From Calditrichia bacterium (GTDB lineage Bacteria > Calditrichota > Calditrichia > JAJRVZ01): 64,000 nt of DNA. This document shows, piece by piece, positions 47,652 through 56,304 of the stretch. The notes beneath the pieces were generated by a model, which made no database searches, had not been told where the DNA came from, and saw nothing but the letters and a program-made list of their open reading frames with translations. The position numbers were made by a program, and so were the translations under genes. The stretch spans positions 320,001 through 384,000 of the forward strand of contig CAWCNS010000009.1 of assembly GCA_963796965.1 (NCBI GenBank), written 5' to 3'. Within the stretch, counting starts at the first letter, position 1, and every line of letters starts with the position of its first letter.

Positions 47652-47670
47652 ATAAATATATATACTCTGA

Positions 47671-47707
47671 GGTAAAAAGACTACAAAGAATTGTAAAAAG
47701 ATGTAAA
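47671..47707 (-). promoter_or_regulatory. OmpR-type direct-repeat box (TGTAAA flavour) upstream of kinase 2
   Basis: GGTAAA, TACAAA, TGTAAA, TGTAAA at 47671, 47682, 47692, 47702. Confidence 0.55.
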
Positions 47708-47758
47708 ATTTGTGTGAGATGTTGCCTTCTGCAATTGCTGAGTAGATGTGTTAGAAGT

Positions 47759-47805
47759 AAGGGGGCACAATGTCTCAAATACTGTGCCCCCCTGATAATT
47801 CTCTT
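47759..47805 (-). terminator. Hairpin after the module 3 propeller gene
   Basis: GGGGGCACA-ATGTCTCAAATAC-TGTGCCCCC. A near-copy lies at 41877-41922. Confidence 0.7.
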
Positions 47806-47817
47806 GATTTATAAAGA

Positions 47818-49931
47818 TTATTTTTCAGGTAAGAAGTTTTCCATTACCCAGATTTCAGTAGCTGATGATTTGCCTATAGCACTATACGCAATCCGTTTTC
47901 CGTCGGGGTGTATACCCGGAGATGCTAGATGATTTTCAGTCAGTTCTAACTCTTTTGATTCCCCATCTTCCACAGGAATGAGTAACAGCTCCCCTGTATC
48001 GGATGAAATTGGTGCGGCTTTCACTACAAGCACATTGTTTCCGTCCGCAGTCCATGCCAATGAGCGATTTCCAGGTAAGAATCCTGGCCATGGAATTTTG
48101 AATAGATCCCGGGCTTGGCCACCTTTAGCCGGAATGACTTTAACCACAGAAGAAATCGGCCAGGGTCCCTCATGACCTACAAAGGCCAGCTGCCGGCCAT
48201 CAGGAGAAACGACAATGCTCTGCCGTTCACGTTGATCAGGACCAATTCGATAGAGTTTTTTCTCCTCCAGTGTCTCTATCTGATAAGAGATAAGGTAGGC
48301 ATTGCTTTGCTCATTAAGATCAAAATAGGTAAAATAAATCGTCTTACCGTCAGGAGATAAACCTGGCCAGGGAGTTCCGGCACCATTTTTGCGCTGCAGA
48401 ATTAGGCTTGCTTCACCGGTTTCAACATCAACCCGATAGTAATCGAAACGGAAATCATTAGGTCCTCTTAAGGCCGATACAAGGAGGGAGCGACCGTCCG
48501 GGAACCATTGAAGACCGCCATATTTTATCAGGTTATTGGACAGTTCCCGTTCTTTGCCACTTTGAACGGAATGAATCACTATACTTGACTCAAGGTAATA
48601 GGCAAGGTATTGCCCGTCCGGTGACCAGGCGGGTTCCTCATTGGAGCCCTGAGTTAGTCCGGTCAGCATTTTGGGATTTTCTTTGACTTTATATGTTTCC
48701 GCATCAATCTCAGCGACATATATATCCTGCATTTTACGACCGAGTTTATAGTAGTACGCACCCTGATTCGTGAATCCGATCCCCCCTTCGAATTGACCGA
48801 TTCCTGATTTTATCAGGATAGGAGATCCTTTAGCTTCTCCATTTACAACATTAATTATCCAGAATCCGGGCGTACCGCTTCGCTCACTCACAAACAGGAT
48901 CCTCTTGCCGTCCGGAGTCCAGACAGGAGAATAATCATCAGCCGGATGTTGGATTAAGGGAAATTCTTGTTTTCCATCAGACGATAGTATAAAAAGGTCT
49001 TTTTGCTTAGCGCTATCCCCTGAGATTGTGTGGTAAATAATGTAGCGTCCGTCTGGCGAGATACTCATCTCAGAAATATTTGAAAAAGCAGTCTTGTGAG
49101 TAGGCTTGATGACCTCTAAAGATCCGTCTTTTGCCGAGACAAAAGCAATCTCACCTGTAAGATCCAAAGAGTCCTTCCTGAAAAAGGCTGTAAGAATTCG
49201 CTTACCATCAGGTGACCATCCAATTGGCCAAATGTAATCCCCATTCTCGCGATGTACCCGGACGCGATGCTCGGAGCCATCGAATCCAATAAGACACAGA
49301 TCCCAGGTTTGATCCTCGTTATGCCGGTCGTAAGCGATTTGCCTGCCATCCGGTGAGAAGATCCCATGTTCTGCGAATTCCCTGGTTTCAAGGGAGCCAT
49401 TGATTGTCAGATTCCGATTTTTTCCTGTTTCAAGATCCTGCACCATAAGGTTAAAATTATCTACAAATGTAATATAGCGTCCGTCCGGCGAGATTGTACA
49501 CCAACGATCCGTGGGGTCGTTCATACCAGGATCACTAAAATTTTTCTAACTGTTAAAACTTCAGTAGACTTCTTAATAACAGCTTCGACTTTTTGTAGTA
49601 CGAATAATTTTTCTTTTGCTATTTTAACCACTTCATTCTGGGCGGGATAATTATCAATCACTTTTTTGTACGCTTTTTTTGCTTCTTTCAGACCTAATTT
49701 TTCATAACACTGTCCTATGTGCAATTGTGCTTTAGCGCGGAGTGAACGGTCGGCATTTTCATCGCCAACAATTTTTTCATAAATCGCCACTGCTGCATTC
49801 AAGTCCCCCTCACCGTTTTCTTTGAGCAGACCTTGTTGGTAAAGTTGAGATGGCGATTGTGAAAACAAGGGTGCAATAAATACTGCAACTATTAATACTA
49901 TACTTAAGAAATGATATTTAGATGAAGCCAT
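47818..49931 (-). CDS. Secreted TPR + PD40 beta-propeller protein, module 3 (frameshift near 49538)
   Basis: Signal peptide, AKAQLHIGQCYEKLG, WSPDG repeats, ends IWVMENFLPEK. Confidence 0.85.
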
Positions 49932-50044
49932 TTTTCTTTCCTCCTAATATAAAGGGTAGTGTAAAAAATAATCCCAGAGTTCACAGAGTGATTATCTGTG
50001 GTCTCTATGGTTAAGGAGAAAATACTAATATCATAGATCCCCAG

Positions 50045-50094
50045 TGTCATGCTTAGGTTTGATTCAGGTAAAAAGTGCGTCATCAAAGTGTCAT
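50045..50094 (-). promoter_or_regulatory. OmpR/PhoB-type direct-repeat box (TGTCAT flavour as read on +)
   Basis: TGTCAT at 50045, CGTCAT at 50078 and TGTCAT at 50089, all in 11-bp phase. Confidence 0.6.
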
Positions 50095-50145
50095 ATCGGA
50101 CCAGTCTATCAACTGACGTGAATTGGTTATAAAATATTTAATAAA

Positions 50146-50222
50146 TATTCGAGTAAATTCGTGATAATTCGTGTAATCCGTGGACCCATTTTTTTTTGCA
50201 TCTTAGCGACTTTGCGAGAGAT
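50146..50222. repeat. Stacked right arms of two element types
   Basis: ATTCGTGATAATTCGTGTAATCCGTGG, then TCTTAGCGACTTTGCGAGAG. Confidence 0.65.
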
Positions 50223-50249
50223 ATTTATGAATGGAGCAATCAACTAAAA

Positions 50250-50930
50250 TCAGGGGATAAATTTATAACCAACCCCCCTTATACTGATAATGTGTCTTGG
50301 AATTGATGGATTTTCTTCTAATTTCTTACGAAGATCAAGAATATAATTATCAACCGTGCGCGTTGTCGGTTCTGAATCGTACCCCCAAACTTCGTCTAAT
50401 AAGTCATGTCGATGAACGACATCTTCGGCATGTTCCACCAGATATTTTATAATCGCAAATTCCTTACCGCTCAGTTTCACTTCTTTCTTACCAACAAACA
50501 CCTGATATTTCTTGAAATCCAATACAACATTTCCAAACGAATAACTATTCTGATCAGTCTCTTTTTTGTGATAGCGGCGAAATACAGCCCTGATTCTGGC
50601 TAAAAGTTCCGGTAAACTGAACGGTTTTGTCACATAATCGTCAGCGCCTAAATCCAGACCGGCAATTTTATCCACTTCTTTGCCCCGGGCTGTAAGCATA
50701 ATAACAGGTATATCCGGTTTTTTATCTTTTACCTTACGACAAATATCATAGCCATTCAATCCGGGTAACATGATATCCAAAATAAGCATATCCGGCGACT
50801 CTTCTAATGCCAGTTTTAATCCTTCATATCCTTCGCTGGCAGATAAAATTTTATACCCTTCAAATTTTAGGTTATCATGCAATCCGCGTAAAATGCTAAT
50901 ATCATCTTCAACGACTAAAATCGTTTTCAC
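50250..50930 (-). CDS. OmpR/PhoB-family response regulator, module 3
   Basis: ILVVEDD, LDIMLP, GADDYVTKPF and SIRGVGYKF motifs. Intact, 226 aa. Confidence 0.95.
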   Translation of the reverse strand: MKTILVVEDDISILRGLHDNLKFEGYKILSASEGYEGLKLALEESPDMLILDIMLPGLNGYDICRKVKDKKPDIPVIMLTARGKEVDKIAGLDLGADDYVTKPFSLPELLARIRAVFRRYHKKETDQNSYSFGNVVLDFKKYQVFVGKKEVKLSGKEFAIIKYLVEHAEDVVHRHDLLDEVWGYDSEPTTRTVDNYILDLRKKLEENPSIPRHIISIRGVGYKFIP

Positions 50931-50963
50931 TCTATGAAGATCTCCTACTACATATTAATCAGC

Positions 50964-51058
50964 ATGGATAATTCATTTCTCGCAGCGGCGCAGCGACGCG
51001 ACGATTTATAAATAATTATTTTAGTTTTAATCAGTGCAAATCAGTGTAATCCGTGGAC
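50964..51058. repeat. Mosaic inverted-arm element between kinase 3 and regulator 3
   Basis: The left arm matches 38098-38139. The right part (51006-51057) matches 45434-45486. Confidence 0.75.
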
Positions 51059-51092
51059 TATTTTTTTCTTTGGTTTGCAGCAATATGCTGCG

Positions 51093-53138
51093 TTATGAAT
51101 TAACCGGGTTAGAATTTACGGGTAAGATAATAGTAAACGTGCTGCCCCGGTTAACTTTGCTTTCCAGTTCAATTTTTCCCTGGTGCGCATAGACGATATG
51201 TTTGAGTACTGTCAATCCCAGACCCGCACCTCCTTTATCCTGCTCATGACCAACATGTGCCCGATAATATTTATCGAAAATACGATTTTGCCTGGAATCA
51301 GGAATACCAATTCCTTTATCCTCAACTTGTATATAAATTGACTGATTTTCTGTCCACAAGCGAAGGTTAATTTCTTTTCGCTCAAAAGAATATTTCATCG
51401 CGTTACTCAAAAGATTTAATACAGCCTGTTCAATTGCATCACCATCCGCTTTTGTTTTAATATTCGCTTCAATTTGTGATTCAATTTTAAATCCTTGTTC
51501 GTTCAGCCAGTATTGCATAGAACATACCGCGGATTGCACAACATTGCTAAGGTCAATGGATTCGAAATGATACTCTTTTTTATTTTTCTCAATTTTCGAA
51601 AAATCCAATACATTATTAATTAACCTTGTTAAACGTTCTGTTTCGTTAACGATAATAGATAAATATTCCTGTCGTTCATTTTTTTTCTTTACTCGACCGA
51701 GATGCATCGTTTCGGCTAACATACGGATAGACGTTAAAGGAGTTTTAAGTTCATGAGTAACATTGGATACAAAATCGGACCCTAACTGGGCTATTTTTCT
51801 TTCCCGGGACATATCCCGCAGAACAAGAATAATACCGAAAAACATTCCGGCAATCAGAAAGGTCAGGGTAATACTATATACCCATCGCCTTGTTGAAATA
51901 TAATTATTTATGATTTCCAGGCTTTTAGGCTTAATAAATATTTTCAAGGAAGGTACCAATGGACTTAATTCTTTGACCAAACTGAATGGCGTAATATCCA
52001 TTTTGGCGATTTGTTGTCTCGAGGTTATATATGCCTCCATTTCAAACTCGCTCTCAGACTGGATCACAGAGGACAATATTCTATTCTTCAGGGTATCCAA
52101 AGTTACTTTAAATCCTACCAGCTGAGAAGAAATTGAAGTTGATTTGGTTATAAGTAATACGGGTTGAGCATCTAAATTCCCGATAATTACTTTAAAATTT
52201 TCAGCAACCAACCAGGTTGTTGGCTTTAAAGTTCCTGAAATATATTGTTTAATTAAGTTTCCCTCCCGGATCGCAAAAGTGAATTTATTTAGAATTGAGT
52301 TAGTGAGGTTGATTATCTCATCTTTTGATTGTTGGTCAAGAAAGTCTTGCCTTGCCGTCCATCTCGACAATTCCTTAATCAATAATTCTACATGCTCGGT
52401 AAGGGGAATTTTTCCCCGATTTAGATATGAAAGAATAAATTCAACATCCTTGTAAATTGCCTTATCCGGGGAAAATATATCTTTGCGAATCAATTGATGC
52501 AGGGAATAATAGGCAAAAGGTATACCTTCATGGTCTATTTCAGTACCATACTGTTCTGCTAAGATCCTGTAATGATTTTGAGCCTGTCTGTTAAGCCCTC
52601 TTTTTATCAATACCCGGGCAAGTCCGTTTATAGCTGCGGCTTGTTCAGCCTGATTTTTAGCTATCTTAAAAGCATTACGGTATGCCTGTGTGGCTCCTAC
52701 TAGATCGGTCTTTGTAAATTCCAGTTTTTCTGCTTTGGTGAATACATTTAAGAACTTCTGAGATTTGGGATGCAATACTTTAATTTGCGACTCATGCAGA
52801 TAATAGGGCCAAATAAATTGGCCTTGATTATCAACAATAAATGCCTGGGCGACAAGATCTAATGAATCCAGAACAGAGATACTCGGAGGAAGTTTTGTAT
52901 GTAGACTATCGGTTATTTTAAAGAAGGTGACCGTATATTCATATAGCCGCTTTTCAAATTGTCGGGCAAGATTTGTGGCCAGTTCGTTTTGTTCTTCTAA
53001 TAATCTTTTTTCGGTAAGTTCCTTCTGGTTGGCAATATTCTGTATGCTTAGGTAACTCAGAATGAGGCCGGGAATGATGAATAGAAATAAAAAAAGAATA
53101 GTTAATTTTGATAGTGGACTGACGGTCAACTTTGCCAC
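51093..53138 (-). CDS. Membrane sensor histidine kinase with periplasmic TPR, module 3
   Basis: Two TM helices. THELKTPL, NLLSNAMKYS, DKGIGI and GAGLGL motifs. Confidence 0.93.
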   Translation of the reverse strand: MAKLTVSPLSKLTILFLFLFIIPGLILSYLSIQNIANQKELTEKRLLEEQNELATNLARQFEKRLYEYTVTFFKITDSLHTKLPPSISVLDSLDLVAQAFIVDNQGQFIWPYYLHESQIKVLHPKSQKFLNVFTKAEKLEFTKTDLVGATQAYRNAFKIAKNQAEQAAAINGLARVLIKRGLNRQAQNHYRILAEQYGTEIDHEGIPFAYYSLHQLIRKDIFSPDKAIYKDVEFILSYLNRGKIPLTEHVELLIKELSRWTARQDFLDQQSKDEIINLTNSILNKFTFAIREGNLIKQYISGTLKPTTWLVAENFKVIIGNLDAQPVLLITKSTSISSQLVGFKVTLDTLKNRILSSVIQSESEFEMEAYITSRQQIAKMDITPFSLVKELSPLVPSLKIFIKPKSLEIINNYISTRRWVYSITLTFLIAGMFFGIILVLRDMSRERKIAQLGSDFVSNVTHELKTPLTSIRMLAETMHLGRVKKKNERQEYLSIIVNETERLTRLINNVLDFSKIEKNKKEYHFESIDLSNVVQSAVCSMQYWLNEQGFKIESQIEANIKTKADGDAIEQAVLNLLSNAMKYSFERKEINLRLWTENQSIYIQVEDKGIGIPDSRQNRIFDKYYRAHVGHEQDKGGAGLGLTVLKHIVYAHQGKIELESKVNRGSTFTIILPVNSNPVNS

Positions 53139-53204
53139 TTTGTACTCGTTATATTTTTATATATTGTGAATTTATTACAAATATATAAAAATACAACCGT
53201 TCAG

Positions 53205-53221
53205 TGTCATAGAAATGTCAT
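53205..53221 (-). promoter_or_regulatory. Direct-repeat box (TGTCAT flavour) upstream of kinase 3
   Basis: TGTCAT-AGAAA-TGTCAT at 53205 and 53216. Confidence 0.6.
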
Positions 53222-53331
53222 AATTAACCTGAATAATTCAAAAATATTACTGTTTAGGAGTATAAGTAGTGTCTGTCTATAAAATCGGGAAATAATTAAA
53301 ACAACACTTGGTTTTGTCAGCCGCTTTTAAG

Positions 53332-53428
53332 ACCTCATCCCCTAACCCCTTCTCCTGCAAGTGTTTAGACCGGAGAGATGGGGGACTTTCTTTCTCCCTC
53401 TCCTTTCAGGAGAGGGTCGGGGTGAGGT
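53332..53428. repeat. CCCTCTCC/GGAGAGGG-type double-hairpin element
   Basis: ACCTCATCCCCTAACCCCTTCTCC...CCCTCTCCTTTCAGGAGAGGGTCGGGGTGAGGT. Confidence 0.75.
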
Positions 53429-53494
53429 TCAATTATGACATTAAAGACAGACACTAAGTAACATATAAACAATGATTTAATCCCCCTTTTTGTT

Positions 53495-54604
53495 TTATTT
53501 AGATATATAATCAATTTTTTCAAGCGGCAGGAAGTCTTCCATGAACCAGAATTCGTCATATCCTCCTTTTGCACCGGCGAAAACAAATTGTTCTCCGTCA
53601 GGTGACCAATCGAGATGCCAAATGTGCACATCTACGAGGTTCGTTTCAATATCCTCAATATTACCATCAGCAACATTCATCACATGTACTTTTTCTCAAT
53701 TAAAAGCAATCCGCTTACTATCGGGAGACCAGGCCAGTTCCATTTTCACATGTGCTTTGGGAACTTCGCCGATTACCCTGGATTCTCCAGTGTTGACCTT
53801 TATTAAATTCATGGTCGGATTGGATCTAGTAGGCTGTTTTCCAGTTAAGTAGGCAATCATTGTCCCATCAGGTGACCAGACAGGTGAAGAGACATATTTA
53901 CCGATCAGAGAAGTCAACCGTTCAGGTTCTCCCCCGCTGGAAGACATAATGTATATACTCTGGTTCGGATCCTTCTTGCCCAGATCATTGAAAGCAATCC
54001 ATTTACCATCACCTGACCAGGACAGGTCTGTATATTCCACATCTATTCCATCTGTATTCAACTGAGCTGGTGCACCAGGGAAATCAGGACCGAGATTCCC
54101 TGAAAGGGGCATTATCCAGATTTTTTCATCTGATACTAATCCCAAGTTTTTTCCGTCGGGTAATAATCTCACTGACCAGGAGAGCTCAGTCGGGATCTTA
54201 ATTTTCGTAAATTTTGGTGTTATTGATGTCCTGACAATTTTTTCAGCGATGATGATTAGACGGGAAAGCTGTTCCCGTGCTATTTTTACGACGTCTTTTT
54301 GATCTCCATAGTTCTTAATAATCTCCTGGTAGGTTTTCTTCGCTTCCTGGTTGCCCAACTTTTCGTAACACATTCCCATATGTAATAATGACTTTGCAGC
54401 AACTACCCGGTCTGCCGGATATTTGTCTAAAATCTGTTTATACAGTTCAATCGCTGATTGTAATTCCCCCTTACCTTCCACCAGATAAAGCGCTTTTTCG
54501 TAGAGTTGACCGGCGGTCTCTTGCGACGAAGCCGTATTCAAAATGAAGAGAAGAGAGATACCTGTTAAAAGGACGATATAGAATAATTTAGTGATACGTT
54601 TCAT
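53495..54604 (-). CDS. Shorter secreted TPR + PD40 protein, module 4 (frameshift near 53697)
   Basis: GGAGG RBS, signal peptide, AAKSLLHMGMCYEKLG, WSPDG repeats, ends FWFMEDFLPLEKIDYISK. About half the length of its paralogs. Confidence 0.8.
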
Positions 54605-54719
54605 GACACAGTTCCTCCTTTTTTGCTACAATATAAAGCGTAGCAAGCGGGGATGTGTTAAGGAAGTGTGAAGATATGAATACATTTTGGCACACTCACA
54701 ATATCCTGCAGATTATACT

Positions 54720-54843
54720 AACCGCAAAGACGCAAAGAAAATAGGAACACGAATTTCACGAATTATTTCGAATTACACGAACTGCTTAAGAAGTCTTAAA
54801 AGAAATTCGTGTTAATTCGTGTAATTCGTGTAATTCGTGGATA
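54720..54843. repeat. Inverted-arm element (CACGAAT type) preceded by a CGCAAAG arm
   Basis: ACCGCAAAGACGCAAAG..CACGAATTTCACGAATT...(AATTCGTGT)n. Confidence 0.85.
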
Positions 54844-54850
54844 AAATAAT

Positions 54851-55115
54851 TCACTCCGATAATTTATACCCTACCCCTCTGATACTTATAATATATTTTG
54901 GATCTGACGGATTATCTTCTATCTTTTTACGAATATTGGCCATGTGGCTGTCTATGGTCCTGTAACTCACCACTAGATTATCTTCTCCCCAAATTTCATT
55001 AAGAAAATCATCCCGGGTAGGCACTTTATCCTTTTTTTGTATTAAAAGGTGAAGAATCTGAAATTCTAAGGGAGTAAATTCAACTTTTTTACCGCGTTTG
55101 ATCGCCTGATATTTT
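54851..55115 (-). pseudogene. OmpR-family regulator remnant, winged-helix domain only
   Basis: FTPLEFQILHLL..RTIDSHMANIRKKIE..SIRGVGYK. No receiver domain and no kinase upstream. Confidence 0.8.
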
Positions 55116-55397
55116 TTTTGTCTGATTAAATTTCGGCCGATATGGTTGAGCATCCGGGCCTGGTCACCTTTAGTTTTTACAGCAAGAAACAGACTCATAA
55201 TAAAGAGCAATGGACCTGGTGTTGTTTTTAACAAAAAGTGAAGTTTGTGGAGAGACTCGTCACTGAAATTTGTTGTGTTCTACTTTTGTTTACACGGATT
55301 ATACTAATGACCACACCTAAACGGCCAGTCACCTATCACCAAAAACCAAAGGTAAACTATCATCTATATCAGATTTTTGCTCCCGATATGGAAACAA

Positions 55398-55951
55398 TCA
55401 ACTTTTTTTTAATACGAGAGTCTTATTAAAAATTCCCTTTGGCCCATCTTCAAGATTAAGCCCAGCATTCACGGCCTTTTTAATCATTTCAGCAAAGCCT
55501 GCCTTCGAAACATGAAACGGCGGCTCCACGATAAGAACCTGTCCTTCTGGCTGCAAAATGGATCCTAATTCCTGAAAGAATGCTTCCTGATCGGGAATTT
55601 CATGAACACATAAAAGGCCAAAACAAATTCAATTTTCTCGGTGAAGCCAATTTTATTCTCTTCGCATTTATGTAGCCTGATTATTTCCTCTAAATCAGTG
55701 TCATGAATCTTTTGTTTTAATTTCTCAAGCATTCCTTCCTGTAGATCCACTGCAATAACCCGGCCGGTTTTACCAATCAGTTGAGCCATATCAATGGTGA
55801 AGTAACCCGGACCACAACCAAAATCCATGACAGTCATTCCTTCTTTGATAAAAGGGCTCAATATCCTTTGAGGATTCTGGAAAATCCTTCTCCATTTGGT
55901 ATCAAGACTGCCCGCTTTCTCAATTGGACATACACGGTTTTTGTCTTTCAT
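55398..55951 (-). CDS. Class I SAM-dependent methyltransferase (frameshift near 55605)
   Basis: VMDFGCGPG and IAVDLQ motifs. The second frame continues VHEIPDQ...LIVEPPFH to a stop at 55398. Confidence 0.85.
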
Positions 55952-56148
55952 TTTGTCTTCTCTCTATTTTATTGTTAATTATATGGTTATGGAGCAAACT
56001 AAAATATCGTGTTTCTTTTAAACAAAAAATATATCTAAATTCATCTCACTTTTAATCGAAGATTACCCATATATAAAATTTAGCCAATTAAACATACCAA
56101 TAAAACCTTTATGTTTTGGGATTTATTTAATAGCCTGAGTTATTTATT

Positions 56149-56271
56149 TTTCGCGAAGACGCGAAGACATATATTTAAAAGAATCTTTTCTATTTTTTTG
56201 AATTTAAATAAAATTTAGATCTCTTTTTTCTAAATATTATTTCCATTGCGACTTGGCGTCTTTGCGTGAAA
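56149..56271. repeat. Inverted-arm element (CGCxAAG type)
   Basis: TTTCGCGAAGACGCGAAG...TTGCGACTTGGCGTCTTTGCGTGAAA. Confidence 0.8.
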
Positions 56272-56304
56272 TACTTTTAACAGATCAGGTAGAGTGAGGA
56301 GAAA

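Noticed and set aside
41877..47851. Diversity-generating retroelement template/variable repeat pair
   Set aside because: There is no reverse transcriptase in the window, and the differences between the copies are not confined to adenines.
53205..53221. Pho box implying phosphate regulation
   Set aside because: It resembles CTGTCAT repeats but is inverted relative to the genes, and no pst/pho genes are nearby. It is better explained as the local regulator's site.
39641..54604. tolB / Tol-Pal system, or S9/S41 peptidases
   Set aside because: There is no TolB N-terminal domain, no tolQRA or pal, and no catalytic domain after the propellers.
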